A stretch of DNA of 64,000 nt from an uncultured Acidobacteriota bacterium (GTDB lineage: Bacteria; Acidobacteriota; Terriglobia; UBA7540), in contig CAWDSK010000006.1 of NCBI GenBank assembly GCA_963804995.1, positions 1,984,001-2,048,000 on the forward strand. The letters are read 5' to 3'. Each line of letters begins with the position of its first letter. Position 1 is the stretch's first letter. The translations under genes and the position numbers were made by a program. Positions 9,401 to 17,944 of the stretch are shown piece after piece. The notes beneath the pieces are model-generated. The model had not been told where the DNA came from. It worked only from the letters and a program-made list of their open reading frames with translations, and ran no database searches.

Positions 9401-9453
9401 AGCGGGCCGACCGGTCGGCCAGGTCTGGGGTTCGAGTCCCCACGGGCCTACCA
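9391..9453 (+). repeat. tRNA-Val-derived 3' segment, anticodon arm replaced by the perfect palindrome GGCCGACCGGTCGGCC
   Basis: GCCCGGTTAGAGCG-GGCCGACCGGTCGGCC-AGGTCTGGGGTTCGAGTCCCCACGGGCCTACCA. Confidence 0.92.
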
Positions 9454-9772
9454 TTACTTTCAACAATCTAGCAATCTCGCTTGCCTTTCGCGTTGCTCCA
9501 CATTCCTTCAATAAGTGCCTAAGTTCTTGCATCCACTGACCCACCTTGGCCACAACGACCCCACGCGCCAGAGGAACTCCCAACAATCCGGTCCTGAGTT
9601 GCGATGCGTTCGCCTGAGACAACCACGCTGGTAACATTGGCGCATATTTGAGCCCTCCCTGGGCAGGATGCCAGAGGAACGTACCAACCCGCCAATTGAC
9701 TAACACCGGGGAGCCGCCGTATGATCTTGAGAATTCCCAATTTGGAGATTGTCTCCGGAGGTTGTAGCACAT

Positions 9773-10129
9773 ATGGGCGTGCGGAAGCTGAAACCCAAAC
9801 CTGGAATTAATCTCCCCCCGATCAGCAAAGCGAAACTGGAGGAGCTGATTGAGGAAGCAACGGTAGACGCTTACAACGAAGAGGAACAGACGGTCGGGTT
9901 CCTTACGATGATGCAGGAGCACTTGGCGCTCCCTTTTTCGGTGAACCTTCTCGGTATTGATGCTGTGGTAGAGAAGATCGATATGACCCGGGATGGCTGG
10001 ATTGTGGCGATCTGCCGCCGGGGCGAAGTCCGACAGAAGATAGGAATCCTCGATCTGCCACTGCCAACGCCCGCACCAGAAGGCACGGAATGGATCGCAG
10101 CATATCATCACTGGCGCAGAGGGTTTTAG
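9773..10129 (+). CDS. CcbP-like 'calcium-binding' family protein
   Basis: Pattern 'LIEEATVDAYNEEEQ..GF..M.QEHL.LPF...LLG' and 'EWIAAY.HW'. GGAGG lies upstream of ATG 9773. Confidence 0.65.
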   Translation: MGVRKLKPKPGINLPPISKAKLEELIEEATVDAYNEEEQTVGFLTMMQEHLALPFSVNLLGIDAVVEKIDMTRDGWIVAICRRGEVRQKIGILDLPLPTPAPEGTEWIAAYHHWRRGF

Positions 10130-11272
10130 ATGAGCGAATACCAGTATTACGACTTCCGGGCGATAGATCAGGCGCTGACCAAGGCTGACATCGCTGCCCT
10201 GCGATCCATTTCCACGCGCGCCATAATCACTTCGACGAGTTTTACGAATCACTACGAGTGGGGAGACCTAAAGGCCGATCCCCTCAAACTTCTGGAAAAG
10301 TACTTCGACGCGTTTGTTTACGTCGCGAATTGGGGGACGCGAGAGTTCTATCTTCGACTTCCACGGGAGTTGGCCGACTACGGACAGCTCAAAGCTATGC
10401 TTCCCGGCGACGCCGCCCGTGTGCAAAGAGTTGGAAAACACCTGATCGTCGGTTTTGAAGCGCAGTCGGAGATGGATGACTGGGATGATGGCACCGGCTG
10501 GATGGGTTCTCTGCTGTCTCTGCGCTCGGACCTGCTGCGTGGCGACCGCCGCTGTCTTTATCTCGGATGGCTCCTGTGCGTGCAATGTGATGAATTCTCT
10601 GAAGAGGAACTGGAGCCTCCGGTGCCTCCCGGCTTGGGCCAATTGTCGGCTCCTCTCCATTCACTGATCGAGTTTCTTGGAATCGACGAGGACCTTGTCG
10701 AAGTTGCCGCATCGGCTTCAGCGCCGCTGAGCGCTGCCCCGAGCCGGAAGGAATTGGCGGAGTGGATTCAAAATCTACCCGAAAAGGAAAAGAACGATTT
10801 GCTTCTAACCGCTGCGTTGGAATCCGGTGAACGCGGGAAAATCGAATTTCTGCGGCGCTTTCAGCAACAAAATGCAGCACGAACCTTGGACGCACACGCC
10901 GCAATTAAACCCCGTACAGTCCACGATCTTGTAACTGCGGCCAAGACACGCGCAGAAGAGAGAACCCGCCGATTGGAAGCCAAGCGGGCAGCGGAAGCAG
11001 CGCGACAGAAAGCGAAGGACGAGGCCGACCGCGCACGCTATCTGGATCAACTGGAGAAAAGCGAAGGAGAGACTTGGAATCGCATCACGGCACACATCCA
11101 GAAGCGGCAACCGAACGAATATGACAAGGCGGTCAGCTTACTGATCGACCTGCGCGATCTTGCCGTCCGCAAGCAACGTGTTTCTGAATTTCAGTCAGCG
11201 CTGGAGGAACTCCGCCATGCGCACGCCGCCAAGCACAGTTTTCTACGCCGGCTGGAGAAGGCAGAGTTTTGA
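10130..11272 (+). CDS. Conserved hypothetical protein (MSEYQYY-type)
   Basis: 380-aa ORF abutting the previous gene, beginning 'MSEYQYYDFRAIDQAL' and containing 'YFDAFVYVANWGTR'. Confidence 0.75.
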   Translation: MSEYQYYDFRAIDQALTKADIAALRSISTRAIITSTSFTNHYEWGDLKADPLKLLEKYFDAFVYVANWGTREFYLRLPRELADYGQLKAMLPGDAARVQRVGKHLIVGFEAQSEMDDWDDGTGWMGSLLSLRSDLLRGDRRCLYLGWLLCVQCDEFSEEELEPPVPPGLGQLSAPLHSLIEFLGIDEDLVEVAASASAPLSAAPSRKELAEWIQNLPEKEKNDLLLTAALESGERGKIEFLRRFQQQNAARTLDAHAAIKPRTVHDLVTAAKTRAEERTRRLEAKRAAEAARQKAKDEADRARYLDQLEKSEGETWNRITAHIQKRQPNEYDKAVSLLIDLRDLAVRKQRVSEFQSALEELRHAHAAKHSFLRRLEKAEF

Positions 11273-11403
11273 TGAGACTGTTGGCAAGTGGTCATATAGC
11301 CAAAGGTCCGAATAATTCCGCCACCGAAAGCGGTGCGTCAATAGGTTTGCCCTTGCTTTTTGTTCCGATGAGGCGTACGGGGTTGAAGTTGAAACGTCTG
11401 GCT

Positions 11404-11490
11404 GGGTGGTTCAATTTAAAGTAGGGGCCTCATTAGGCCGCAATTTGGTGGGGCAAGCTCGCCGCTACTGCATCAAATTAACCCATCACC
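11404..11490. repeat. Degenerate REP/MITE unit related to 2865-2992
   Basis: GGGTGGTTCAATTT ... GCTCGCCGCTAC ... AAATTAACCCATCACC. Confidence 0.5.
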
Positions 11491-11585
11491 GACGATGGGT
11501 GCCATTTCAAGGAGCGCGGAGAGGAGCAGTTAGTTGTTATGAGTTGTGTGTAATGAGGTAGGAATTAGGTTTCAGGTGTTTGGTG

Positions 11586-11627
11586 TCAACTTTCAACTTT
11601 GAACTCTTAACTTTCAACTCTTAACTG
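11586..11627. repeat. Heptamer tandem repeat (T(C/G/T)AACT(T/C)) x6
   Basis: tcaactt tcaactt tgaactc ttaactt tcaactc ttaactg. Confidence 0.8.
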
Positions 11628-11643
11628 TCACCCCGCCCCCGCC

Positions 11644-12471
11644 TCAGGCGGCAAAAGATTTGGGGAAGTCCTGATCCACAGGGGCGACAGATTCCTGCAA
11701 CAGGTTCTCGATGCGGCTGCGCCAGCCATTCATAACCTTTTGGACCGAAGTGTGGTCTCCCCGCAATTCCCAGTACTGGAGCCTCAGAGAGAGGCGCTTG
11801 TTCCGCACCTTCATCACAAAGGTGTCCCGATCGATATGCCACTCCCCCTCCGTGTAGAGCGAGGAGAGTCGCAGATAGGCGTTCGCATAAAGCTGCAAGC
11901 GCTTCAGGATTTCGGGGGCCAACCGGTCCGCGGTATCCGCCAGGGAGCGGCCCTCAAACACCATGGCCACCACGGCTTCGTAAACGTTGGCGTAATCCGT
12001 CAGTGCCCCGCGCCGGAAGAACGACAGAGGCGAGCTGAATTCCACCAGCACTTCGGAATCCCACAGCCGCGCAAGAAGCGCCGCTTCGAGGTAAGCAAGA
12101 TCAACAAAAGCCGTGGCGTGAGCGGCGCCGGCCGCGATTTCTTGTCCTCGAGCTCCCATCCAATCGCGATAGTCCGTCGCAAGAGTCAGAGCAAACTCCT
12201 GGAGTTGCTCTAAGACCAAGCGCACGCCCCTCCCCATCCCGGGGACTTGGGCCATCGCCGCCCGGACTTCGAGATCGACCAGATCCTTACGAACTTCATC
12301 GCTGTAAATCGCCGGAACAACCACCGCGTGAACACCCGGTTCGATTTCCAACTGACTTACGCGCCGGGTGCTGTAGCTCAAGTCGAGCAGATCTGACCAG
12401 CGTTCGCGTACCGTGGCATTCGAGGTATGGGGGAGCAGGGAGCGCATGGCGAGATTTGTGGGTTCAATCAT
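11644..12471 (-). CDS. Hypothetical protein (275 aa)
   Basis: Long ATG-started ORF with an upstream GGAG; no recognisable motif. Confidence 0.65.
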   Translation of the reverse strand: MIEPTNLAMRSLLPHTSNATVRERWSDLLDLSYSTRRVSQLEIEPGVHAVVVPAIYSDEVRKDLVDLEVRAAMAQVPGMGRGVRLVLEQLQEFALTLATDYRDWMGARGQEIAAGAAHATAFVDLAYLEAALLARLWDSEVLVEFSSPLSFFRRGALTDYANVYEAVVAMVFEGRSLADTADRLAPEILKRLQLYANAYLRLSSLYTEGEWHIDRDTFVMKVRNKRLSLRLQYWELRGDHTSVQKVMNGWRSRIENLLQESVAPVDQDFPKSFAA

Positions 12472-12821
12472 TTCGCTCCACTTGCTTGCATGGCAACTGC
12501 CATCCGGATTGCAGGCCTCACGAGCTATCTAGCTTGACCTCATGAAGATAGCCGAAGCGTAGAAATCGGCAGCAGGCAGGGTCGAAAGAATCGTGGGTTA
12601 AACCACGCAGAAGGGGGATTGTCGCTGCAAAAATCTTGATCTGAGGCAGAAACTTAGATTCTTTGCTAACCCGTATTTCTCATTACGTCAGGATGGGGCT
12701 GCCGGAAGAACACGCCTAGATAAAGATGCCCCACTGCGGATAACCACCCCGACACCCAGCGCGCCACCCACGGTAACCACCCCGGCGCTCGGAGCGCCAC
12801 GGGAATCAGGAGGGGAGTTGT

Positions 12822-13355
12822 TTAAGAACTCCACTCCTCAGATGAGGAGGGGTGGCGCGCCGAGCCCCGATAGCGCGTTCTTTCCAAATTGATCATCGGG
12901 GCCGAGCGCCGGGGTGGTGCTGAGGAGTCATGAGCAACGTCTTTGCTGAGAAAACACACAAGATTCGCGAAAGCTCGCACGGAAGCTTTGTTACCCAGTT
13001 TGACCCGCACCCGCCCTCCGCTTTCGGCAGCCGCCTGCACGGCTTTCTTCATGACAATCCCGACGCGTCGTGAATCCAAAATCCGCTCACGCTCGGCGGG
13101 ATTGAGTTCAAGGCTGGCTTCAAGCAATCCCGGCACGATGTGGGCTACGAAGAGACAGGCATCCCCTACGCGATAATGCGGCGCCCATCCGAGCTCCGGC
13201 CCGAGGTAGTGAAGCTCTTCGATCAATCCCTCAATGTCGGCGACTTGGCGGCGCAGATCCTCAAACAGGATCGCGGCGTGGTCGCCCGCCAGCCGAGTAA
13301 GTTGTGCCCACTGCGGCGGACGCTTGGGATCGCAAAAGGGGTTTGTGTGGACCAT
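12822..13355 (-). CDS. DUF3788-like hypothetical protein
   Basis: 'NPF.D...P', 'EL.Y.G...GW...YR' pattern. The 3' end runs into REP-like sequence. Confidence 0.5.
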   Translation of the reverse strand: MVHTNPFCDPKRPPQWAQLTRLAGDHAAILFEDLRRQVADIEGLIEELHYLGPELGWAPHYRVGDACLFVAHIVPGLLEASLELNPAERERILDSRRVGIVMKKAVQAAAESGGRVRVKLGNKASVRAFANLVCFLSKDVAHDSSAPPRRSAPMINLERTRYRGSARHPSSSEEWSS

Positions 13356-13361
13356 GTGGAT

Positions 13362-14802
13362 TCACCGCTTCGGCAGGCTAATGCTTTGCACCATCTTGTC
13401 AAAGGTCGGGGCGTATCTTTCGAAGGCCCCCTCGGGCGCGATGAAGATCAGGGCCAGCACATAATCTCCCTGGCGAACCGTAACCAGATGATCTGTCTCT
13501 CTCTGTCCCTCGATGGGGGAAGCATTCTGCAACAGAGTGCTCATGGCGGGATTGCCTTGCAGGTTTATGCCGGTTTGTTGTAGGAGGTGCATTTGCGGAT
13601 TCGACTGCTGCATGGATTTCAGCAGATCCTGGGTGGCATCCACCAGTCCCCAATTCCCCTGTGGGGGCTGGTAGCGGCTGACCGCGGCGCCATACGCCTG
13701 CGCCGTCTCACCTTGGGACCCCGTCACCATGCCGCCGGGAGGAAATAGCTCCACGCCATCTTCGCTCTCCTGCACCTGCCAGTTATCAGGATAGTTAAGC
13801 GTAAATACCTTGCCGTCGAAACCAATCAGATGCTCGGAGGGTAGGGGCGGGGGTTGCTGTGTGGCGCTGATTTTGGGCGTACCCGGCACCTTGGGCGGGG
13901 GAGCCATGGCCGACAAGCGTTGCTTGGCCGCCTCAAATTCCGGGCTGTCGGCCTTGGTTCCCCGCGATGGGCCCAAATGAGCGATCTCCGCGTCCACGTC
14001 CTTAATGCGGTTTTCGGGATTGGGATGATCGGAGAAAAACTGCACGGTGCGCTGCGGATACTTGCGCTCAATAACCTGGAAGAACTGCACCAGGGCATGC
14101 GGGTCGTATCCCGACAAGTAGAGAATGTAAGTTCCTACCTCGTCCGCTTGCGTTTCCGCCGTGCGTGAGTTTTTCAGGAGCAGCGAATTTAGTCCCAGGC
14201 CGATGCCCAGTTGCGCCAGTTGTCCTGTGAGGCTGCCGCCCTGGCCCAGAATGCCCCCCAAAATCGTCAAGGGCGCCTCTGCCAGCATGGTTTGCGAGGC
14301 CATGTGCGTGCCGTGGCGCATCACCACATGACCGGATTCGTGGGCCAGGGCGCCGGCCAATTGCGCTTCGTCCTCTGCGGCCTCAATCGTTCCGCGATTT
14401 ACGTAAATGTACCCTCCCGGCAGGGCGAAGGCATTGATCTCCAGGCTGTTCACGACCCTGAATTGCCAGACATATTCCGGATGATTGTTGGGCGCGTGGG
14501 CGACAAGTTTTTTGCCCAGGCTGTTGATGTATTGCAGGAACGTCAGGGTCGCTTACTAGCGGCATTTGCTTTTCTATCTTCTCCGAGGTTTCCTTCCCCA
14601 ACTGCACGTCCTGTTGGAGCGAGAAGAGGTTGAATCCGGGCTTGAATTGAAGCGCCTCAACTCCCCAAACGAGATTGGGCGCCAGGGCGAGACACACGAA
14701 AATCCCCGTCGCCACGAATTTCCGGGGCGCCGCGCGGGCCGTGAGGCAAGTCCTCTTTCCTCTTCCCCTCACCTTACTTGAACCTCCTCGGAGCCTGGCC
14801 AC
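13362..14802 (-). CDS. M48 family Zn metalloprotease (apparent +1 frameshift near 14537)
   Basis: Motifs 'INAFALPGG', 'AHESGHV..RH' (HExxH), 'ETQAD', 'SDHP..ENRI'. The N-terminal part 'FKPGFNLFSLQQDVQLG' is in the adjacent frame. Start uncertain. Confidence 0.8.
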
Positions 14803-15075
14803 TGCGAGTTGTTATCTCTGAATCCGCCTTGAGAACATTCTACACTCACTCTTGCGGTTTTGGGGATAGAGCGAAACGCCGCGTGGGTAGTGTCTCAGCC
14901 TGAGGACGTAGCGGCGAGTTTACCTCGCCATAGGGCGGCGTCCCGATCAAATCGGGATGAATGCCGCCGCCTCTACAGCAAACTGCGATACTACTGCCGC
15001 GTGAGGGTGTCGCCCAGGAACGAATCGAGAAGAAATTTCCTGAAACCATTTATGGGAACTGGATTCCCCCCCAAC

Positions 15076-15987
15076 TTACTTGGGCAAAAGAAACTTCCGG
15101 ACGGCTTCATTAAACTCCACGGGCTCTCCAATCATGGGGGTGTGCCCGGTACCCTCCAGCACCACAAGCTCGGAACCTGCAATGCCCCGGTTGAGTCGCT
15201 CACCAAACCGGAGCGGAATCAGCATGTCGTCCCGTCCCCAAATGAGCAACGTGGGGGCATGCACTTTCTCGAGTTTCTTGTCTTCAAATTCCTTGCCCGT
15301 GGCCATTTCCGCTACGCTGCTGGCGATAGTGTAGCTGTCCCCGTTCTCAACGTGCCGCTCAAAAGCATTGGTGCCCAGATCCGCCGTCACCCATTCCTTG
15401 TTGGCGGCCATGAAATCGAAAAACCCTCGCACGTTGAGAATGGATAGCGGCTTCAACCCGCCGGGCGGCTCCTTCAAGGGGGCTTCGGGACTCAATCCGG
15501 CAGCGTCCACCAGAACCAGTTTCTCCACCATCGGCTCGTGTCGAATTGCAAAATCCAGCGCAATCCAGCCGCCCAAGGAGTTCCCCACCAGGCTGGCGCG
15601 GGGAATCTTCAGCTCCTTCAGAAAACCGTGCAGGTACTTGTCAAAGTTCTCGACGGTGTATCGCATGATCGGCTTGTCAGATTGGCCGTAGCCAATCAGG
15701 TCAAGAGCGATGACGTGAAAGTCATGGGAAAGCGGGCCGACAGTGGCTGCCCAGTGCCGGGAATCCGCTCCCAGGCCGTGGATCAGGATTACGTCGCTTC
15801 CCTTCCCTGCCTCGTAATAGGCGAGTTTGTGCCCATGCACGACCACCGTCTGCCGCGGTGGCAACGGCCCCCCCTGGCACCAAGCCTGGGTGCTGAGAAT
15901 CATCAGGCATGCCAGCCACAAACAAACCCTGCATAATGACTCGGCGAAATAAGCTACTCGTTTACGCCCCATTGGAATAGACCCCAT
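15076..15987 (-). CDS. Alpha/beta fold hydrolase, probably exported
   Basis: Motifs 'LIHGLG', 'DLIGYGQSDKP', 'GNSLGG', 'WGRDD', 'GH'; signal-like N-terminus. Confidence 0.9.
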   Translation of the reverse strand: MGSIPMGRKRVAYFAESLCRVCLWLACLMILSTQAWCQGGPLPPRQTVVVHGHKLAYYEAGKGSDVILIHGLGADSRHWAATVGPLSHDFHVIALDLIGYGQSDKPIMRYTVENFDKYLHGFLKELKIPRASLVGNSLGGWIALDFAIRHEPMVEKLVLVDAAGLSPEAPLKEPPGGLKPLSILNVRGFFDFMAANKEWVTADLGTNAFERHVENGDSYTIASSVAEMATGKEFEDKKLEKVHAPTLLIWGRDDMLIPLRFGERLNRGIAGSELVVLEGTGHTPMIGEPVEFNEAVRKFLLPK

Positions 15988-15991
15988 AAAA

Positions 15992-16228
15992 TCATATGCG
16001 TTTTACCAATTGACCCGCTGCGTCCACCCGGTCAAGAAGTCGGTACCGGGCGCCGCAAGTGGGGCAGCGAAGCTCCTCCGCGGCCCATAGCGACCCTCGT
16101 CCCACCACATTCACAAGCCCGAAGTGGCCATCAGGTGAACGATAAAACTCAAACATCAATTGCCCGCAGCGCGTGCAGAATTGCCGCCGGCGCACCACGT
16201 GTGCCTCTTCTGACATTGCACATGCCAT
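15992..16228 (-). CDS. Small putative zinc-ribbon protein
   Basis: CTRC ... CPTC pairs within 78 aa. Confidence 0.5.
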   Translation of the reverse strand: MACAMSEEAHVVRRRQFCTRCGQLMFEFYRSPDGHFGLVNVVGRGSLWAAEELRCPTCGARYRLLDRVDAAGQLVKRI

Positions 16229-16374
16229 CCTTCGACGCGAGCCAAGCCTACCTTCCGGAATGAGCGGAGTAGTATACCGGAAGTAAGGAGTCAGAAGTCA
16301 GGAGTCAGAAGTTAGCGTCAGGAGAAAGCACTCCCAAAGATTGTCGCTATCGATTCCGAGGACAGTCTTCATCG

Positions 16375-17163
16375 TTGAGAATGGATGGCCTCGTCGCCAA
16401 CCCTCTCACCCTCACTTACGATGAGATTCGAAAGCTGCCTCAAATCGAGAAGGAACTTACGCTTGAGTGCATTTCGAATCCCATCGGCGGCACTTTTATT
16501 GGCAATGCGCGCTGGACCGGTACAGCTCTGAAACCGCTGCTGGAACGCGCCAGCCCCGCGAAAAATGCGACCCAGGCCATCATCTACGCGGTCGACGGCC
16601 TTTCCACCGGACATCCCATCGAGCGCCTGTGGAACGACGAGAATTTGCTCGCCTACGGGATGAACGGTGAAGACCTGCCGCCGAACCACGGCTATCCCGT
16701 GCGCATTTTCATTCCTGGAAAATTCGGGATGAAGCAGCCCAAGTGGGTTACGCGGATTGAGCTGGTCGACCACGCCTATCTCGGCTACTGGGAAAAGCAA
16801 AGTTGGTCAGATGAGTGTGAACGTTGGGCGCAGGCACGCTTCAGTGACCTGAAAGACGGCGCGCGGCTTACGGGCAGTAATCTTGAATTGACGGGTTACG
16901 CCATCGGCAACCTGGATGGAATTAAAGCAGTTGAAATCAGCTTTGATGATGGCAAAACCTGGCAGGAGACAAACCTTTTTAGTAATCCCTCGCCCCTTAC
17001 GTGGGCGTTTTGGAAATACCTCTGGGTCAATCCCCTGCCGGGTAAATACCGCCTGCGCGTGCGTTCGATCGACGGCCAGGGCCGCGTGGAAGGCCCTGAC
17101 CCCACCGGCATCTTCCCCGACGGCGCCACCGGCCAACAGGCGCTGGATGTGACGGTGGCGTAG
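16375..17163 (+). CDS. Sulfite-oxidase-family molybdopterin oxidoreductase (N-terminally short, possibly truncated)
   Basis: Motifs 'TLECISN', 'GNARWTG', 'MNGEDLPPNHGYPVR..IPG..GMK..KW', plus a C-terminal dimerisation domain. No in-frame upstream extension past the TAG at 16270. Confidence 0.8.
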   Translation: MRMDGLVANPLTLTYDEIRKLPQIEKELTLECISNPIGGTFIGNARWTGTALKPLLERASPAKNATQAIIYAVDGLSTGHPIERLWNDENLLAYGMNGEDLPPNHGYPVRIFIPGKFGMKQPKWVTRIELVDHAYLGYWEKQSWSDECERWAQARFSDLKDGARLTGSNLELTGYAIGNLDGIKAVEISFDDGKTWQETNLFSNPSPLTWAFWKYLWVNPLPGKYRLRVRSIDGQGRVEGPDPTGIFPDGATGQQALDVTVA

Positions 17164-17181
17164 CGCGTAATTCCAAATGCC

Positions 17182-17331
17182 CTATTTGCTCAGGTACTTT
17201 TCAGGGTTTTGATCGAACTTGGCTTTGCAGCCTTTGGCGCAGAAGTAGATGGTTTGGCCTTTGTATTCGCTGGTGGCAACGGCCTTCTCAGAATCAATCG
17301 TCATCTTACAAACCGGGTCTACGACTTTCAT
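17182..17331 (-). CDS. YHS-domain protein (49 aa; absent from the ORF track)
   Basis: Translated by hand: MKVVDPVCKMTIDSEKAVATSEYKGQTIYFCAKGCKAKFDQNPEKYLSK*, with the DPVC...Y.G..YFC...C...F..NPEKY signature. AAGGA lies upstream. Confidence 0.9.
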   Translation of the reverse strand: MKVVDPVCKMTIDSEKAVATSEYKGQTIYFCAKGCKAKFDQNPEKYLSK

Positions 17332-17424
17332 ATTTTGTCCTTCGCAGATGGCTTATTGGAGACGGCAAGAACACGCGCCTCCCTGCCTCGCGCGCCCTGG
17401 AGCCACCCCAGGTCAAGGGGTGGG

Positions 17425-17720
17425 TTACAGGCCCAGAGCCAGGGCCCGCGCCGGAATCTTCCTTTTTTCCTGCTTAACCTGACACCTGGGGCAAACCAGG
17501 ATAATGCTGGCGACGCGTTCGCCTTCCACGCGCTCGAACATCCCAGCCCGTGCCCACTGCGTCCTCGACGCGCGGCAGGCGCACATCGCAGTACCAGCAG
17601 CGCCCCTTGCCCGTCGAGCAAATGGCGTGCAGCGCCGCGTGCACGTCCAGCCTGATCCGCTCGGGTGCTTTAACTGCGCTCAAACTCACCTCCAAAGCAT
17701 CTCGATCCGTTCCTAGACAT
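17425..17720 (-). pseudogene. Small CxxC...CxxC protein with apparent frameshift(s)
   Basis: Joining frames gives ...GKGRCWYCDVRLP...GWDVERVEGERVASIILVCPRCQVK..., which requires removing 1 nt near 17537 and probably another near 17712. Confidence 0.4.
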
Positions 17721-17944
17721 CAGGTCGTGTCTGATTTTCGATCCCGCTCGCGTAAGAAACCCACAGTGCTGTGAAGATTTTCCGCATTCCCCTCGCCAGC
17801 AGATCTCTTGCCCTTATCGACCGCCCCAGCATTCAGAAGGGATTGGCCCGGCCAAGAAAATTTCCCGCCCTTTGATACCCCACCCACTCCCCAGGGTAAG
17901 CAAGCCGGTTGCCAAGGATCTCCTGCTGAGCCACCTAAGTCACG

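Noticed and set aside
9072..9453. Additional functional tRNA genes, or a simple prophage attR
   Set aside because: Both copies lack the 5' acceptor strand and an anticodon loop. They include the D-loop and a substituted arm, unlike a plain 3' att duplication, and no integrase is nearby.
8743..9453. Group I intron or homing endonuclease interrupting the tRNA
   Set aside because: The tRNA is uninterrupted, the nuclease lies after CCA, and there is no room for a ribozyme core in the 317-bp unit.
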